DNA of 64,000 nt from Nemertoderma westbladi (taxonomy: Eukaryota; Animalia; Xenacoelomorpha). This document shows, one piece after another, positions 1-13,717 of this stretch. Where the stretch lies: positions 1-64,000 of the forward strand of contig JAUCBJ010006816.1 in the NCBI GenBank assembly GCA_032718475.1. Reading direction: 5' to 3'. Positions within the stretch are counted from its first letter, which is position 1. Each line of letters opens with the position of its first letter. A program made the translations under genes and the position numbers. The notes under the pieces are model-generated. The model was not told the DNA's origin. It did no database searches and saw only the letters and a list, made by a program, of their open reading frames with translations.

Positions 1-1122
1 ACCTATATTTTTTATTATATGATACAATAACTGTTGTTAACAATGGTGGGACTGGGAAGTATGGGGGGGGGGGGGGGGGGGGGGTTAACATCGTGCCCGT
101 GTGTGTCTGAGTCTGTATTCACAGAAATACTCAATATTCAAATCCCTTAACTTTTCCTAGAATTAACATACGTTTTTAGTGACTAAATCTGAAACATTTT
201 GAAATCTTAAACTATATTTGAAAGTTATTTTTTGTGGTACTAATTATCGTCTGGTGTGTTTAAAAATGACCAAACCAAATAATTAAAAAAATAGGCCACA
301 AAATGGCACTCTGCTGTGGCCAAAAGTGCCTTTTTGTGCAAATGGTATTCTGAACAAGTGTCAACATTTCTGAACAAATTTCAAAACATTCCAGCAAAAA
401 TCGGCGGAGAAATAGCCGATTTCATGACAAAATATAATTCTTAGTTAAAGGTGTTTAATATGTCGCTTCATTTCTAAATTTAATATTATGTAGTCTGCGA
501 AAATAACAATATTACGATCCATCGGTATTGTCTTATTTGCTTACATTTCATAATATCGATCTTACGATTTATATTTTCATTAACTTTTTTTATTTTCTGA
601 ATTTATTTACTATTTCTCACTGAAAGTGGACATGGTTATTGAATTTTAATAGCAGCAAAATGGCCTACTTTAGACCATGTACTTAAAAGGCCATTAAAAA
701 GGATATGGCCCCTACAAAACAATGCCCCCTGTCCTAAAGGCCTGTTTACACGTGGCAACTTTTAGAGCAACTTTCTCGGCAACTAGCAATGTGTTTGGAG
801 CAATTTAATTTAATCGCTGTTTAATGTTTACACGTGGCAACTTTACCAGCAACTTCACCAGCAAAGTGGCCGGAAACTTTTATAGCAACTTGGCTATTTT
901 GACTGTAAAATAGTGGGTACTGGTTCAGTATGCATACACCTCTCACCAAATTAAATATTTACTAGCTAGTTTTTGATAATTTACTTATTTTGAAATTTAG
1001 CCATTTTATTTTGAAGAAATTAATGTTCTAGAACAAATATTTTTTAGACAAAGGCCTGGGTAGTATTTAAAAAGAACGGGATGGATATAATACGTATATA
1101 AAATGAATAAAATAACTTTTTA

Positions 1123-2837
1123 GGCCGCGTTCACACTACCGAGTCAAAGTCAAAGTTAACCCTATTAAACCTGGGGGGGGAGGGGGCCAATATGACCCCC
1201 CCCCCGTGGTTTTTTTTATTATAATTCTGAAACAAACGCAGTTGGGAATCTGAAATTTTATGACTTTTCCTAAAAATCTATTGTATTCCTAGTAGTGAAA
1301 ACTGTTTTCAAAAATATTGGGTAGTTTTCGAGTTATAGCACCATTTTTTAACCCTACTTTTGGCACTTTTTTTGAGACGTTTTTTGAAAATTACATTTCA
1401 TTAAATATGAATTGTAACATCTCTTTTTTTTATTTACACCGGTTTTTTGGTCTTAGCAATTGGATGGAATTCATATAAATTGATTTAGAAATTTCAAACT
1501 TGTTTTTTTCGTCGGGTGCCAAATTTTGGTGCCAGCACCAAATTTTGAAATATGTCAATTTTGTAAATTGATTGTTTGAAACTTGTTTTTTACGCAATTG
1601 GGGTTTTTTGAGGTTCTGGTTTCGATGAAATATATACGAGTTGCACCAAGCGTATCAAACTTGTATTTTTTGGGTGCTGTGTGCAAATTTTGGTGCTAGC
1701 ACGAAATTTTGAAAATCCATTCAATAGATAAAATTGCTTGTGACAATTTATTTCTTGCATTTTAGAGTTTTATGGCCGTTCTGAATTCAATGGAATATAT
1801 ATTTATCGAACTAGACATCTCAAACTTGTATTTTTCGGAAGTGGGTGCAAAATGTGGTGCTAGCACCAAATTTTGAAAACCATCAAATATATCTATTGCT
1901 TGTGCCATCTTGTTTCTTGCGTTATACGGGTTTGTTAGGGTTCTGAATTCAATGGAATCGGTAAAAATTTCATAAGAGTTTTCAAACTCGTATTTTTCGC
2001 CGGTGGGTAAAAATTGTTGTGCCAGCACCAAATTTTGGAAAATGAGTAAATTGATCAGTAGATAGTATCATCTTGTTTCTTGCGTTATACGGGTTTATGA
2101 GGGTCCTGAATCCGATGGAATCAATAAAACAGCACTGGACATCGCAAACTTGTACTTTTTGGTGATGGGTACGAAATTTGGTGCTAGCACCAAAATTTGT
2201 CAAATTACGCCGAAAAATACAAGTAGCAATGATCTGGCATATTTGAAATGTATTCCATTAGAATCAGCGCCCTAGAAAATGTGAATTTATAGCATCATAT
2301 AAGTGAATTAAAAATTTTGTGTTCTAACTGAAAAGTGCTGGTTACTTGTTTTTTCATTTTTTTCCTACGCAGAGAGGACTAAACAGCCATTTATGGTAAT
2401 CATATCATTTTTTAATATTTTCCAATGTATTTTGCGCCCCAGAAAACCTATATTGAAAAACAATTAGCCGAAAAATGTAACTTTCAAATTTTGTGAAAAT
2501 TGTGCACTACTTGTAATTTTGGTGCTGCAATATTACCACCCCAGTAAATTCAGACGTTTTCGTTAATATTTGTAGATTTTACAGGGAGGGGTCAATATGA
2601 CCCCCCCCCCCCCCCCCCCCCGGTATTTGTACAGCATTTTATAGCCCGGTACTAATAGGGTTTTAAAAGACAAAAGACAAAATGTAAAACATATCACATG
2701 AAATTAATTTTTTCTAGAATGCCCTCATGTATTATATTAGGCCTATATAATGTATTATTATTTATTATTGCTAGCTAGCTATATTTATTTTCTTTTGAAT
2801 TTGACCTTGACTTTGACTCGGTAGTGTAAACGCGGTC
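1123..2837. mobile_element. PIF/Harbinger-like non-autonomous element (MITE) with a nested insertion
   Basis: Terminal inverted repeats GGCCGCGTTCACACTACCGAGTCAAAGTCAA (from 1123) and TTGACTTTGACTCGGTAGTGTAAACGCGGTC (to 2837). TTA flanks both sides (3-bp TSD). Confidence 0.75.
1160..2660. mobile_element. piggyBac-like non-autonomous element with internal ~180-bp repeats
   Basis: TTAA then CCCTATTA...; ends ...TAATAGGG then TTTTAA. Internal repeated motif GGTGCTAGCACCAAATTTTG. A second partial left end occurs near 16286-16430. Confidence 0.6.
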
Positions 2838-5789
2838 TTAAAATTTTTGAAATTTTTCAATTAAATTATCATGATATCTAGTAAAATTTATGGTAGCTAA
2901 TAAATAATAAAAGCAATGATTAAACTAATTTCAACAAGAAATTTTTTTTTAAATTTTAAATTTTTATTGTTTCACTAGCTAATAAAAAGTATTAGCTAAA
3001 ACAAAATCAAAATTTCTAGCTACAATCTTACTGTCAAAATGTCAAATGTTCTAGAATAAAAACCTCATGATAAAAGCTATTTTTCAAAAGAAAAAATTGG
3101 ACTTCTGGATTTCTCTCACAAAAAAACCGCTTTATCTAATACTGTTTAATTTAATTTGAATATATTTATAAAAACCTTTAAAAAGGATTGTCCCATGCAG
3201 TACAATATTCCATTGGAGCCACTAAAATTCAAAATGACCTCTATTGGACACTGTTCATAAAGGGCCACCAAAAAATGAAATGGCTCTTACAAGACATTGT
3301 CCATTAGAACCACTTAAATATGAATTATATTTCATATATATTACGCAATTTTCCCTTAAAGCCATTCAAATCTGAAATGGCCCATATTGGATAGTGTCGC
3401 TTGGAGCCACTCAACTATAATGTGGCCCGATATTAGCCAATTTTTATCAAACGCCTTTGAAAAGGCAATGGCCCATGCAAGACCATGTTCCATTTGAGCC
3501 AAAAGTTCGAAATGGCCTTAATTAGTCACTGTTCATAAAGGGCCACTAAAAAATATAATGGTTCTTACAAGACAATGTCCCCTTGGAGCCACCCAAATGA
3601 CAAATATTATTTAGATTATCTAAAAATTAAAAAAATAAAATGTTTGTTACAATATATTTTGTTACATTATGTCAACTTAACAGCGTTCTGGTGAATTACT
3701 CATAACGCTGCGAAGTACTACTTTGCAGCGTTGCGGCCTATAGGACGGAACGTTGCAAAGTAATATTATTTATTATCCTGCTTTATTATCCAATTTGCAG
3801 TGACGGGACTAGCTACTGGATGTAAATAATTGTTTAACATGTACTGTAATCCATTATGGCGAAACGTCCAATAGAAGACACTAAATTAACCAAAGAAAGT
3901 GACGACAGTGTTCAGTAAAACTGTACGGACACAGACGGTGAGTAAGTTTGCTTCAGTCGCATATAGTCAGGATGGATTAATGATTTATCACATCCAAGCA
4001 GGAGATAACTTCCAATAAACTTTAATTAGATTTAAATGTATAATTAATACTGTGTACCAGTGTACCTGTTAATAAATTTCACTTATATTCGATATAGTAC
4101 ATGATGATTAAAATGTATAAATGAGCATCCATAAAATCCTTTCTTCATATACCGAACGCTGATAAGTTGAGTTAATGTAACAAAATTACATACATCATTG
4201 CTTGCAAAGGTCACTTTTCAGCGTTAAAGACCCTTGTTTATTTATGTAAACCTCCATCGCTGCGCTCGCTCGGTACATAAATAAACTCGGGTCATAACGC
4301 TGCAAAGTGCTACTTTGCACACAATGATGTAAATAGTTATTAGATTTAATTAATACGGGATAAAATTCACATTATATTTAATAGGCCTATAGATAATTGT
4401 TACATTAGGGTAAGAGGCAAAACGTCTACATTTATGTCTCCAATATATGAATTACTGGTGGGGGATGGAATTCGTAGGGGTCGTAAGATGTATTTAGGCT
4501 AGTCTATAAACTAATCCCCCACCAATGACAAAATGTTAATAATGAAGTGTATAGTACGCGAAATAGTGATAAGTTATCCTTCCTAGAGGTACCGAACGGT
4601 CATACATTATTTCTTAAAAAAGCACAAATTTTAATCGCTTGTCAGTGAGAATTTATTAAAACCTGTTGTTATTTACAGTATTGTTATTTACAATTTAACA
4701 TATTTTGTTTGCACAAGTTTCGATCTTCAAACGGCTGAGACATCCAAATAGTGGCGCAAATTGACCATTAGTGAAAAGGTATTGTTTATTGTTTTGGGTA
4801 GAAAACACCGCCACTAATGTTTGAAATTTAATAATAATTATCTATAACGAAAGACTTAAAATCGTCTAAAAACTACTTATTGTACAACTCATAATCAGAA
4901 ATTACACAAAAGTGAATTGTATGCGTTATTGTAGATATATATATTTTTTAAAATATCTGCAAAGGCATTTTTGGCTGTAGAATTAAATTGATAATAAATA
5001 CTATTGTTTACCGCTAGGGGTGCAAGTTAAATTCATAAGAACTAAAGGCAATTTCCTTGTAATTGTTTATTTTGGGCCATTATGCCTAGATTGGGCCATT
5101 TTGTTCTAGGTGGGCCATATTTGCCCTAAGAGGACGTGTACCTTTTGGGCCATCGTAGTAGGATTAGGGCCATTGCTCCAAGCCCAAGGCCATATAAGGG
5201 CCATTGGACCTTTAAAAGGTGGCCCTAATAGTGGGAAAGCTTATATATATATATATATATCTATATGTACGTTCGGCCTAAAGGGCCATAGATATGTATC
5301 TTTGAAATGAAGGGTATTATGTACCTATATAACACTGAATGGAAGTAAAAAGGGCCATTAGTATATCTACATATCTCGTGTATATATGTTCCTACATATA
5401 CCATTTTAATATACATACATAAAGATGAAAAAACGAGCGAAAGGGCCAACTTATATATCTATAAAGTGAGATATGTAGGTATAGTGTACCTATATAACTC
5501 AATGGCCCTATCTTATTTCTCTTCATTCTTACAGTTCAGTTTATTTGTAAGATCAATTTGGATGCAAATGGGCCACTGTAAATGATGTATATTTGTGGCC
5601 CTAATGTAAATCATCTCATTCTTTATGATAGTAAAGGTGGCCCTTTTCCCGTTCATTTAATTTAATAAATCAATTTTGAAACAAATGGGCCAGTCAAACT
5701 TTCTCAAAAAATGACATGAATAGTAACATGAATTGTAAGACTTGCAATGTAATTACCACAGTTAAGTAAACTAAAATAATAAAAGTAAA

Positions 5790-6868
5790 AATAATAAGCA
5801 CAAGCTGGCAAGCCTGGAAGGTTCACGGTCCTCCTACTTAATCAGTACAATAATAATACGTTTTCGTTCGGGTAGGCCTATGTTTCCTTTTCACTTGTTC
5901 CCATCGTACAGTCGTAGGCGACCTCATGCTCCTGTGCTCATCCCACCACGACCACGACCACCAGTTACGAGTTGGGTAGGCGTCTACCGGCAACCGGTAA
6001 GTAATTACGCGCCACACGACGTCATCCCGCCATCCGCCAACATTTATACCGGTACGGTAAGCCTACCACCTACCGGCTGGCTACCATCGCACCGTAGGTC
6101 TACCGCCTACGCCTACCGGTCAACCGGTAACGGTAGGCTACCGCGTACCGGTACAGCGGTACTCAAAGTCGTACCGGTATTGTCGTAATTGACAAATGCA
6201 GGATTAAACCGTAACCCGTTCCAGTACCGGTACCATATGCATCTGAACGACTGGACGGTTAATCTCATAGCATAGCTGCATAGGCCTACTGGTAGTCAGT
6301 GCGAAGTCGCCTGCGAACATGGCGAAATATTATATTTACTGCTAGGGCTAGGCTAGGACCTACTGCTGTACTGACCTATGACAGTATGAAGATAGGCAGA
6401 TAGGCCTACAGTGGTCAGGTAGTACCGGTCCGGTATGCCTACTACAGGCAGACAATCAGACAGTACTAGCAGTGCTAATTAATTACCTTAATTAAATCTT
6501 CAATTAGGTCATAATGTAGGTCCAAATTTAAAAATCGGCCTCCGTTAATCGATTTACAAATAATTCAGGTACCTCCATGCCAAATATCAGAATCATTCAT
6601 TGCGTTCCCTATGACAAGATAGCTTTTTCCTAAACCATGCGAAAACACGCAAATATAGCGCTCACATCGCACAAATACCATCTCGACACCCAATTTTTTG
6701 TATGAGCCTTCGCCATCCCTATATCTAACTTTTGTCCAAATTTTGTTTCGATTGATTAATAAATAACTGAGATATCGCTCTGGACACACACACACACACA
6801 CACACACACTAACACACACACACATTACGGTAATAATGGTCACCTATGTCAAGGACCGTGAACCAATT
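5790..6868 (-). mobile_element. Helentron-associated (DINE-1/HINE-like) non-autonomous element
   Basis: 13-bp subterminal inverted repeats GGTTCACGGTCCT (5820-5832) and AGGACCGTGAACC (6852-6864), a (CA)n microsatellite at 6784-6822, and a short terminal hairpin CAGGCT-TGCC-AGCTTG on the minus strand. The segment is absent from the homologous flank at ~12650-12700. Confidence 0.55.
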
Positions 6869-6974
6869 ATTTTTGTTTGAACATAATTTTATGTATGGTT
6901 GATATATTTTCTTGAAATTTGGTAAGAGTGACCTACACCTACAAGCATTGCTTATTTAGAAATTCTAAATTCAG

Positions 6975-8834
6975 ACAGACTTTAAAGTTCCCCTGTCTGC
7001 CGCTAGGGGGGCGTATTGACAGAATCGTAGAAGTAGCTGTGTAATTATAGAACCAACCATCAGATTCCATCTGAAATTTGGTAGGAGTGAACAAGGAGAA
7101 TTGCATAATTATAAATTCTATGCCTAGACGGACTTTTATAGTTCTTATGGTCGTTATTCGTTACTATGTTCTAGCTCTAAAGAGCCTTGTCCATAAATAT
7201 CTCCATGGCGCTACAGTATGGCCCTACCCTAATGCTGTTAAGCTCATTGTATTTCATTCTGGCCCTTTTTCATCTCAGTTTATTGGTAAGATCAATTTGG
7301 ATGCAAAAGGCCACTGTAAAAGATGTATATTTGTGGCCCTAATGTAAATCATCTCATTCTTTATGATTGTAAAGGTGGCCCTTTTCCCGTTCATTTAATT
7401 TATTAAATCAATTTTGAATCAAATGGGCCAGTCAAACTTTCTCAAAAAATGACATGAATAGTAACATGATTTGTAAGACTTGCAATGTAATATTTACCTC
7501 AGTTAAACTAAAACTAAAATAATGTAGATTTTAATAAACATTATTTTTGTTTGAACATATTTTATGTACTGTACGGTTAGACTTTCAAGTTCCCATGTCT
7601 TCATCGGGCAGTTATCGCCGTTGCTTAAGTAGAAATTATACACACAGACAGACTTTAAAGTTCCCCTGTCTGCCGCTAGGCGGGCGGATTGACAGAATCG
7701 TAGAAGTAGCTGTGTAATTATAGAACCAACCATCAGATTCCATCTGAAATTTGGTAGGAGTGAACAAGGAGAATTGCATAATTATAAATTCTATGCCTAG
7801 ACGGACTTTTATAGTTCTTATGGTCGTTATTCGTTACTATGTTCTAGCTCTAAAGAGCCTTGTCCATAAATATCTCCATGGCGCTACAGTATGGCCCTAC
7901 CCTAATGCTGTTAAGCTCATTGTATTTCATTCTGGCCCTTTTTCATCTCAGTTTATTGGTAAGATCAATTTGGATGCAAAAGGCCACTGTAAAAGATGTA
8001 TATTTGTGGCCCTAATGTAAATCATCTCATTCTTTATGATTGTAAAGGTGGCCCTTTTCCCGTTCATTTAATTTATTAAATCAATTTTGAATCAAATGGG
8101 CCAGTCAAACTTTCTCAAAAAATGACATGAATAGTAACATGATTTGTAAGACTTGCAATGTAATATTTACCTCAGTTAAACTAAAACTAAAATAATGTAG
8201 ATTTTAATAAACATTATTTTTGTTTGAACATATTTTATGTACTGTACGGTTAGACTTTCAAGTTCCCATGTCTTCATCGGGCAGTTATCGCCGTTGCTTA
8301 AGTAGAAATTATACACACAGACAGACTTTAAAGTTCCCCTGTCTGCCGCTAGGCGGGCGGATTGACAGAATCGTAGAAGTAGCTGTGTAATTATAGAACC
8401 AACCATCAGATTCCATCTGAAATTTGGTAGGAGTGAACAAGGAGAATTGCATAATTATAAATTCTATGCCTAGACGGACTTTTATAGTTCTTATGGTCGT
8501 TATTCGTTACTATGTTCTAGCTCTAAAGAGCCTTGTCCATAAATATCTCCATGGCGCTACAGTATGGCCCTACCCTAATGCTGTTAAGCTCATTGTATTT
8601 CATTCTGGCCCTTTTTCATCTCAGTTTATTGGTAAGATCAATTTGGATGCAAAAGGCCACTGTAAAAGATGTATATTTGTGGCCCTAATGTAAATCATCT
8701 CATTCTTTATGATAGTAAAGGTGGCCCTTTTCCCGTTCATTTAATTTAATAAATCAATTTTGAATCAAATGGGCCAGTCAAACTTTCTCAAAAAATGACA
8801 TGAATAGTAACATGATTTGTAAGACTTGCAATGT
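6975..8834. repeat. 673-bp tandem repeat (satellite), ~2.8 near-identical copies
   Basis: Identical ORF translations recur at 7078, 7751 and 8424 (period 673). Confidence 0.95.
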
Positions 8835-11338
8835 GGGGCGAGACACGTATGGCGAGCCATCAGCGAACTGATATAATTATACTATGGCCGTTTCTCAAAA
8901 GTCTGTGTGTGACGTGTGTGTGTGTGTGTGTGTCGGTAGCCATAAATGTCGGAAGCCATAATCGAAGTTAATATCTTCAGTTAAATTCTATGGTTGAATC
9001 GAATTATTTCGATTCTTCTATCGGTAATTAATTATTTAGGGGGGTAACATTTATCCCATCTGGTATAAAATTAACATGGGTAGATTCGCCGTGTCCCATT
9101 CTATCAAAGTCTTTACTTTATACTCGAGATTAATGTCAAGTTTTATAGTTATTTATTGATTTACAATTAAAATTGCATTTTTATCAATTAATTCACACGC
9201 AGGCTCTAACCGCCTAATGACAGTCAATACGGAGTAATTCCTTCCCGTGTCTTAGCAACGCTGAGAATGTCCTGGCCTGTTAGAGGCAGACTGCTGCTGG
9301 TTGGGGATGGTAGGATAGCATTAATTCCCTAAACATTCACTCACTCTCCATAGAACTGGCTGACGGGGGTGTGTGTGTGTGTTTAGGTATCAGTTATTCA
9401 ATGACATTAATATTATTACTAATGAAGGAATAGTGCTCCTTCAATACATCTCAACAGACATCAATTCATTGCCTGTGCCTACCAACGCGTGCTCCATAAC
9501 ATAACAACATAATATCCTTGATTTCCATCACCTCTCACCACAATTATTATTAGTAATTAAAAGTTTCAATTCGGTTTGTCGTTCCGTTATCTGGTTATTC
9601 AGTTATTGCATTATTAATAAATAAATGTTTTAAAATATATCTTACAAAATATGGTTAATAATTAAAACTTGTCGCTAACATTCTCACTATGGGGGTTTTA
9701 AGGAGTGCTGATTACATTTCTGATGTCAGTTTTCACGTTTACATAAATCTAGTCTGTCTGTCTGTCGGTCTTTCTGTCAGTCAGTCTGTCAAAACATAAA
9801 AGAGAATTCAAATTAACTAACATTCTCGCTATTGGGGTTTTAAGGGGTGCTGATTTCATTTCTGATGTCAGTTTTCAGGTTTACATAAATATAGTCTGTC
9901 TGTATGTCGGTCTTTCTGTCAGTCAGTCAGTATGTCAAAACTTAAAAAATAATACAAACTAACTAACATTCTCGTTATGGGGGTTTTAATGGGTGCTAAT
10001 TTTATTTCAGATGTCAGTTTTCACGTTTAAAAAAATCTAGTCTGTCTGGCTGTCGGTCTTTCTGTCAGTCAGTCTGTGAAAACTTAAGAAAGTATACTAA
10101 CTAACCAACATTCTCGCTATGGTGGTTTTAAGGGTTGCTGATTTCATTTTTGATGTCAGTTTACACGTTTACATAAATCTAGTCTGTCTGTCTGTCGGTC
10201 TTACTGCCAGTCTGTACTACTGTACTGTGGTTGGCATTACGCCATATACCTAACACTAATAATACAGTCTACAATACAGCCTATCTACAGTACAGAATGG
10301 ATTTTTTGCCACGAAGAGCAATAAATGTCATTAATACTATCCACCAGTATACCTACTCCAAGAGCCTTCCAATAAAACATGTATTCCAGCATGACGTCCA
10401 CTGCACGTCTTCGTGCTGTCCATTGTGACGTGCAGTGGACGTCATAGGCTCTAAGGGGTTAAGCAACACGGTCCCTACTTCGCCCTGTCGACACCCCAGC
10501 CATTTTTCACCAATCCTTTTTTAGAGTTTTTTAATTTTTTTGGTATTGGTGAAAGTTCTACAACATTAGTAGATATGTTTTTTATGATAGCTAGTGTTTT
10601 TTTTCTCGCTAGTATTTTTTGAAATTATAAAAAATGTGAAAGTCCATGATATTTCAGGTTAAACTGTTGAAGAATATATTAATGACCAAAATAATTTCCA
10701 AAAATTACTAGCTAGTAAAAAATACTTGCTATATACCATTAAAAATCTACTAAGGTTCTAGAATATTCACTAGTATAAAAAAAGCACTCAAAATCACAAA
10801 AAATAAAGGTTAAAAAACTCATTCGGGACCCTTTTGCTTAAGGAGTCAAAATTGTAGAACAAATTCCCGAAGTTTGCGACGTTTGCGAAATTCGCGAAGA
10901 ATCCGTCAGTTTCTGTGCCCTAATGGTTTCGTGACGAAACAATCAAATCTTACACACTTAACACACGCGAACTAATTTAATGTGTGTATTAGTATGCATG
11001 AATCATTAAATAGAAATTAAATTAATGAACGCTATTTCAACATGAAATCTACGGAATCAATACACAACACACCCACACTACTGAATTCAAAAATTTATAT
11101 AGATTGCAACTTATATTTGGCTACCTTTTAGGCCTAAATGGGTGACTAATTTAATTATTCACCCATATATATTTGTAGCCTTTTTAATTTGTGCCTCTAA
11201 TTGAATCAAACATTAAACTAAAATATATGTCACAATATTGGTCTGTCGGTAGCTGGTCAATGAATCTCTCATAAATTTGTTAATTAGTCGCTGCTCAGTC
11301 ATTGAACATTTGAACACGTGCTGCTCGAAGACCCCACA
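8832..11338. mobile_element. ~2.5-kb composite insertion interrupting the 673-bp array
   Basis: The array breaks at ...CTTGCAA|TGTGGGG and resumes shortly after CCCCACA. The ends are imperfectly inverted (TGTGGGG...CCCCACA). No clear TSD. Confidence 0.45.
9660..10458. mobile_element. piggyBac-like element right end with ~127-bp tandem repeats
   Basis: About 4 repeats (CTAACATTCTCGCTATGGGGGTTTT...CTGTCTGTCGG), a subterminal palindrome ATGACGTCCACTGCACGTC...GACGTGCAGTGGACGTCAT, and an end ...AGGGG followed by TTAA. Related to the element at 13718-14798. Confidence 0.55.
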
Positions 11339-11351
11339 ACGTGTAATACTG

Positions 11352-12945
11352 TATTTACCTCAGTTAACCTAAAACTAAAATAATGTAGATTTTAATAAAC
11401 ATTATTTTTGTTTGAACATATTTTATGTACTGTACGGTTAGACTTTCAAGTTCCCATGTCTTCATCGGGCAGTTATCGCCGTTGCTTAAGTAGAAATTAT
11501 ACACACAGACAGACTTTAAAGTTCCCCTGTCTGCCGCTAGGCGGGCGAAATGACAGAATCGTAGAAGTAGCTGTGTAATTATGGAACCAACCATCAGATT
11601 CCATCTGAAATTTGGTAGGAGTGAACAAGGAGAATTGCATAATTATAAATTCTATGCCTAGACGGACTTTTATAGTTCTTATGGTCGTTATTCGTTACTA
11701 TGTTCTAGCTCTAAAGAGCCTTGTCCATAAATATCTCCATGGCGCTACAGTATGGCCCTACCCTAGGTAAGATCAATTTGGATGCAAAAGGCCACTGTAA
11801 AAGATGTATATTTGTGGCCCTAATGTAAATCATCTCATTCTTTATGATAGTAAAGGTGGCCCTTTTCCCGTTCATTTAATTTATTAAATCAATTTTGAAT
11901 CAAATGGGCCAGTCAAACTTTCTCAAAAAATGACATGAATAGTAACATGATTTGTAAGACTTGCAATGTAATATTTACCTCAGTTAAACTAAAACTAAAA
12001 TAATGTAGATTTTAATAAACATTATTTTTGTTTGAACATATTTTATGTACTGTACGGTTAGACTTTCAAGTTCCCATGTCTTCATCGGGCAGTTATCGCC
12101 GTTGCTTAAGTAGAAATTATACACACAGACAGACTTTAAAGTTCCCCTGTCTGCCGCTAGGCGGGCGGATTGACAGAATCGTAGAAGTAGCTGTGTAATT
12201 ATAGAACCAACCATCAGATTCCATCTGAAATTTGGTAGGAGTGAACAAGGAGAATTGCATAATTATAAATTCTATGCCTAGACGGACTTTTATAGTTCTT
12301 ATGGTCGTTATTCGTTACTATGTTCTAGCTCTAAAGAGCCTTGTCCATAAATATCTCCATGGCGCTACAGTATGGCCCTACCCTAATGCTGTTAAGCTCA
12401 TTGTATTTCATTCTGGCCCTTTTTCATCTCAGTCATCTCAGATCAATTTGGATGCAAAAGGCCACTGTAAAAGATGTATATTTGTGGCCCTAATGTAAAT
12501 CATCTCATTCTTTATGATAGTAAAGGTGGCCCTTTTCCCGTTCATTTAATTTAATAAATCAATTTTGAAACAAATGGGCCAGTCAAACTTTCTCAAAAAA
12601 TGACATGAATAGTAATATGAATTGTAAGACTTGCAATGTAATTACCACAGTTAACCAAACTAAAATAATAAAAGTTTTAATAATGCATTATTTTTGTTTG
12701 AACATAATTTTATGTATGGTTGATATATCTTCTTGAAATTTGGTAAGAGTGACCTACACCTACAAGCATTGCTTATTTAGAAATTCTAAATTCAGACAGA
12801 CTTTAAAGTTCCCCTGTCTGCCGCTAGGGGGGGGGGCGAATTGACAGAATCGTAAAGGTACTGTAGCTGTGTAATTGTAGAACCAACCATCAGATTCCAT
12901 CTGAAATTTGGTAGGAGTGACCTAGGAGCATTGCATAATTAGAAA
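11352..12945. repeat. Continuation of the 673-bp satellite (~2.3 copies, one with a ~53-bp deletion)
   Basis: Same sequence as 6975-8834. ORFs at 11364, 11984 and 12232 repeat those at 7503 and 7751. Confidence 0.9.
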
Positions 12946-13717
12946 TTATTGGTGAGTTTGTCGCCGAGGCTACTCTACGGGGTCGAAAGAAGTCAACAAA
13001 GCGGGCCATCACAGCTCAGATCCGCGAACGCGAAATAACTACACTTGATCCCGACACAGGGGATGTGAATTGGTGCTACAAAATAATTATTTATTACATG
13101 GTAAAAAAAGTAGAATTTTTTTTCATTATTCTCAAGGCATTTTATTTACCGAGCGCCAGCGAGGTTAATAAAGGGTCGAGAGAATATTGAAAAAAAAATG
13201 TTCTACGTCATTTTCCCCATGTAATACGTAATTGTATTCTTAAATTGGTACTTTTTTGTTGCTTAATTCGTTAATAAAATATAGAGCGATATAGTGCTAC
13301 AAAATAAATTTAACTGTATTATTTTACTATTTTGCTTCCATTGTTACTGCGATTCAAATTATTGTACTCTTCAACTCCTGATGCTGCCTTATTCAATGTT
13401 AAAATGATTTTGTGTTCTCGAATATTTTGTGGAAATATTTCACTGTTGGGTAGCTATTTGTATATTAGTTATATTTATTTATTAGTTATATTTGTATATT
13501 TGTATATTAGTTGTTTTAGCTTTTAGATACTCCGTTTAATATAGTCAGTTGTTTTAGCTTTTAGATACTCTGTTGAAAAGTCAGTTGTTTTAGCTATTAG
13601 ATACTCCGTTTAATATAGTCAGTTGTTCAATACTCCGTTTTATATGCGGGTCTCGGTCTACGGTTAAGCGGTGCGGTTGGTGAATGCTGGGTGAACCTAG
13701 CTTTTGTTAGCTTTTAA

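Noticed and set aside
63-84. Long poly-G/C tracts here and near 2601, 14917, 16318 and 38330
   Set aside because: Several are parts of MITE ends, homopolymer lengths are unreliable, and there is no independent evidence of function.
7078-12498. Repeated 76-89-aa ORFs resembling a tandem gene family
   Set aside because: Chance ORFs within satellite units, with non-ATG starts and no domain.
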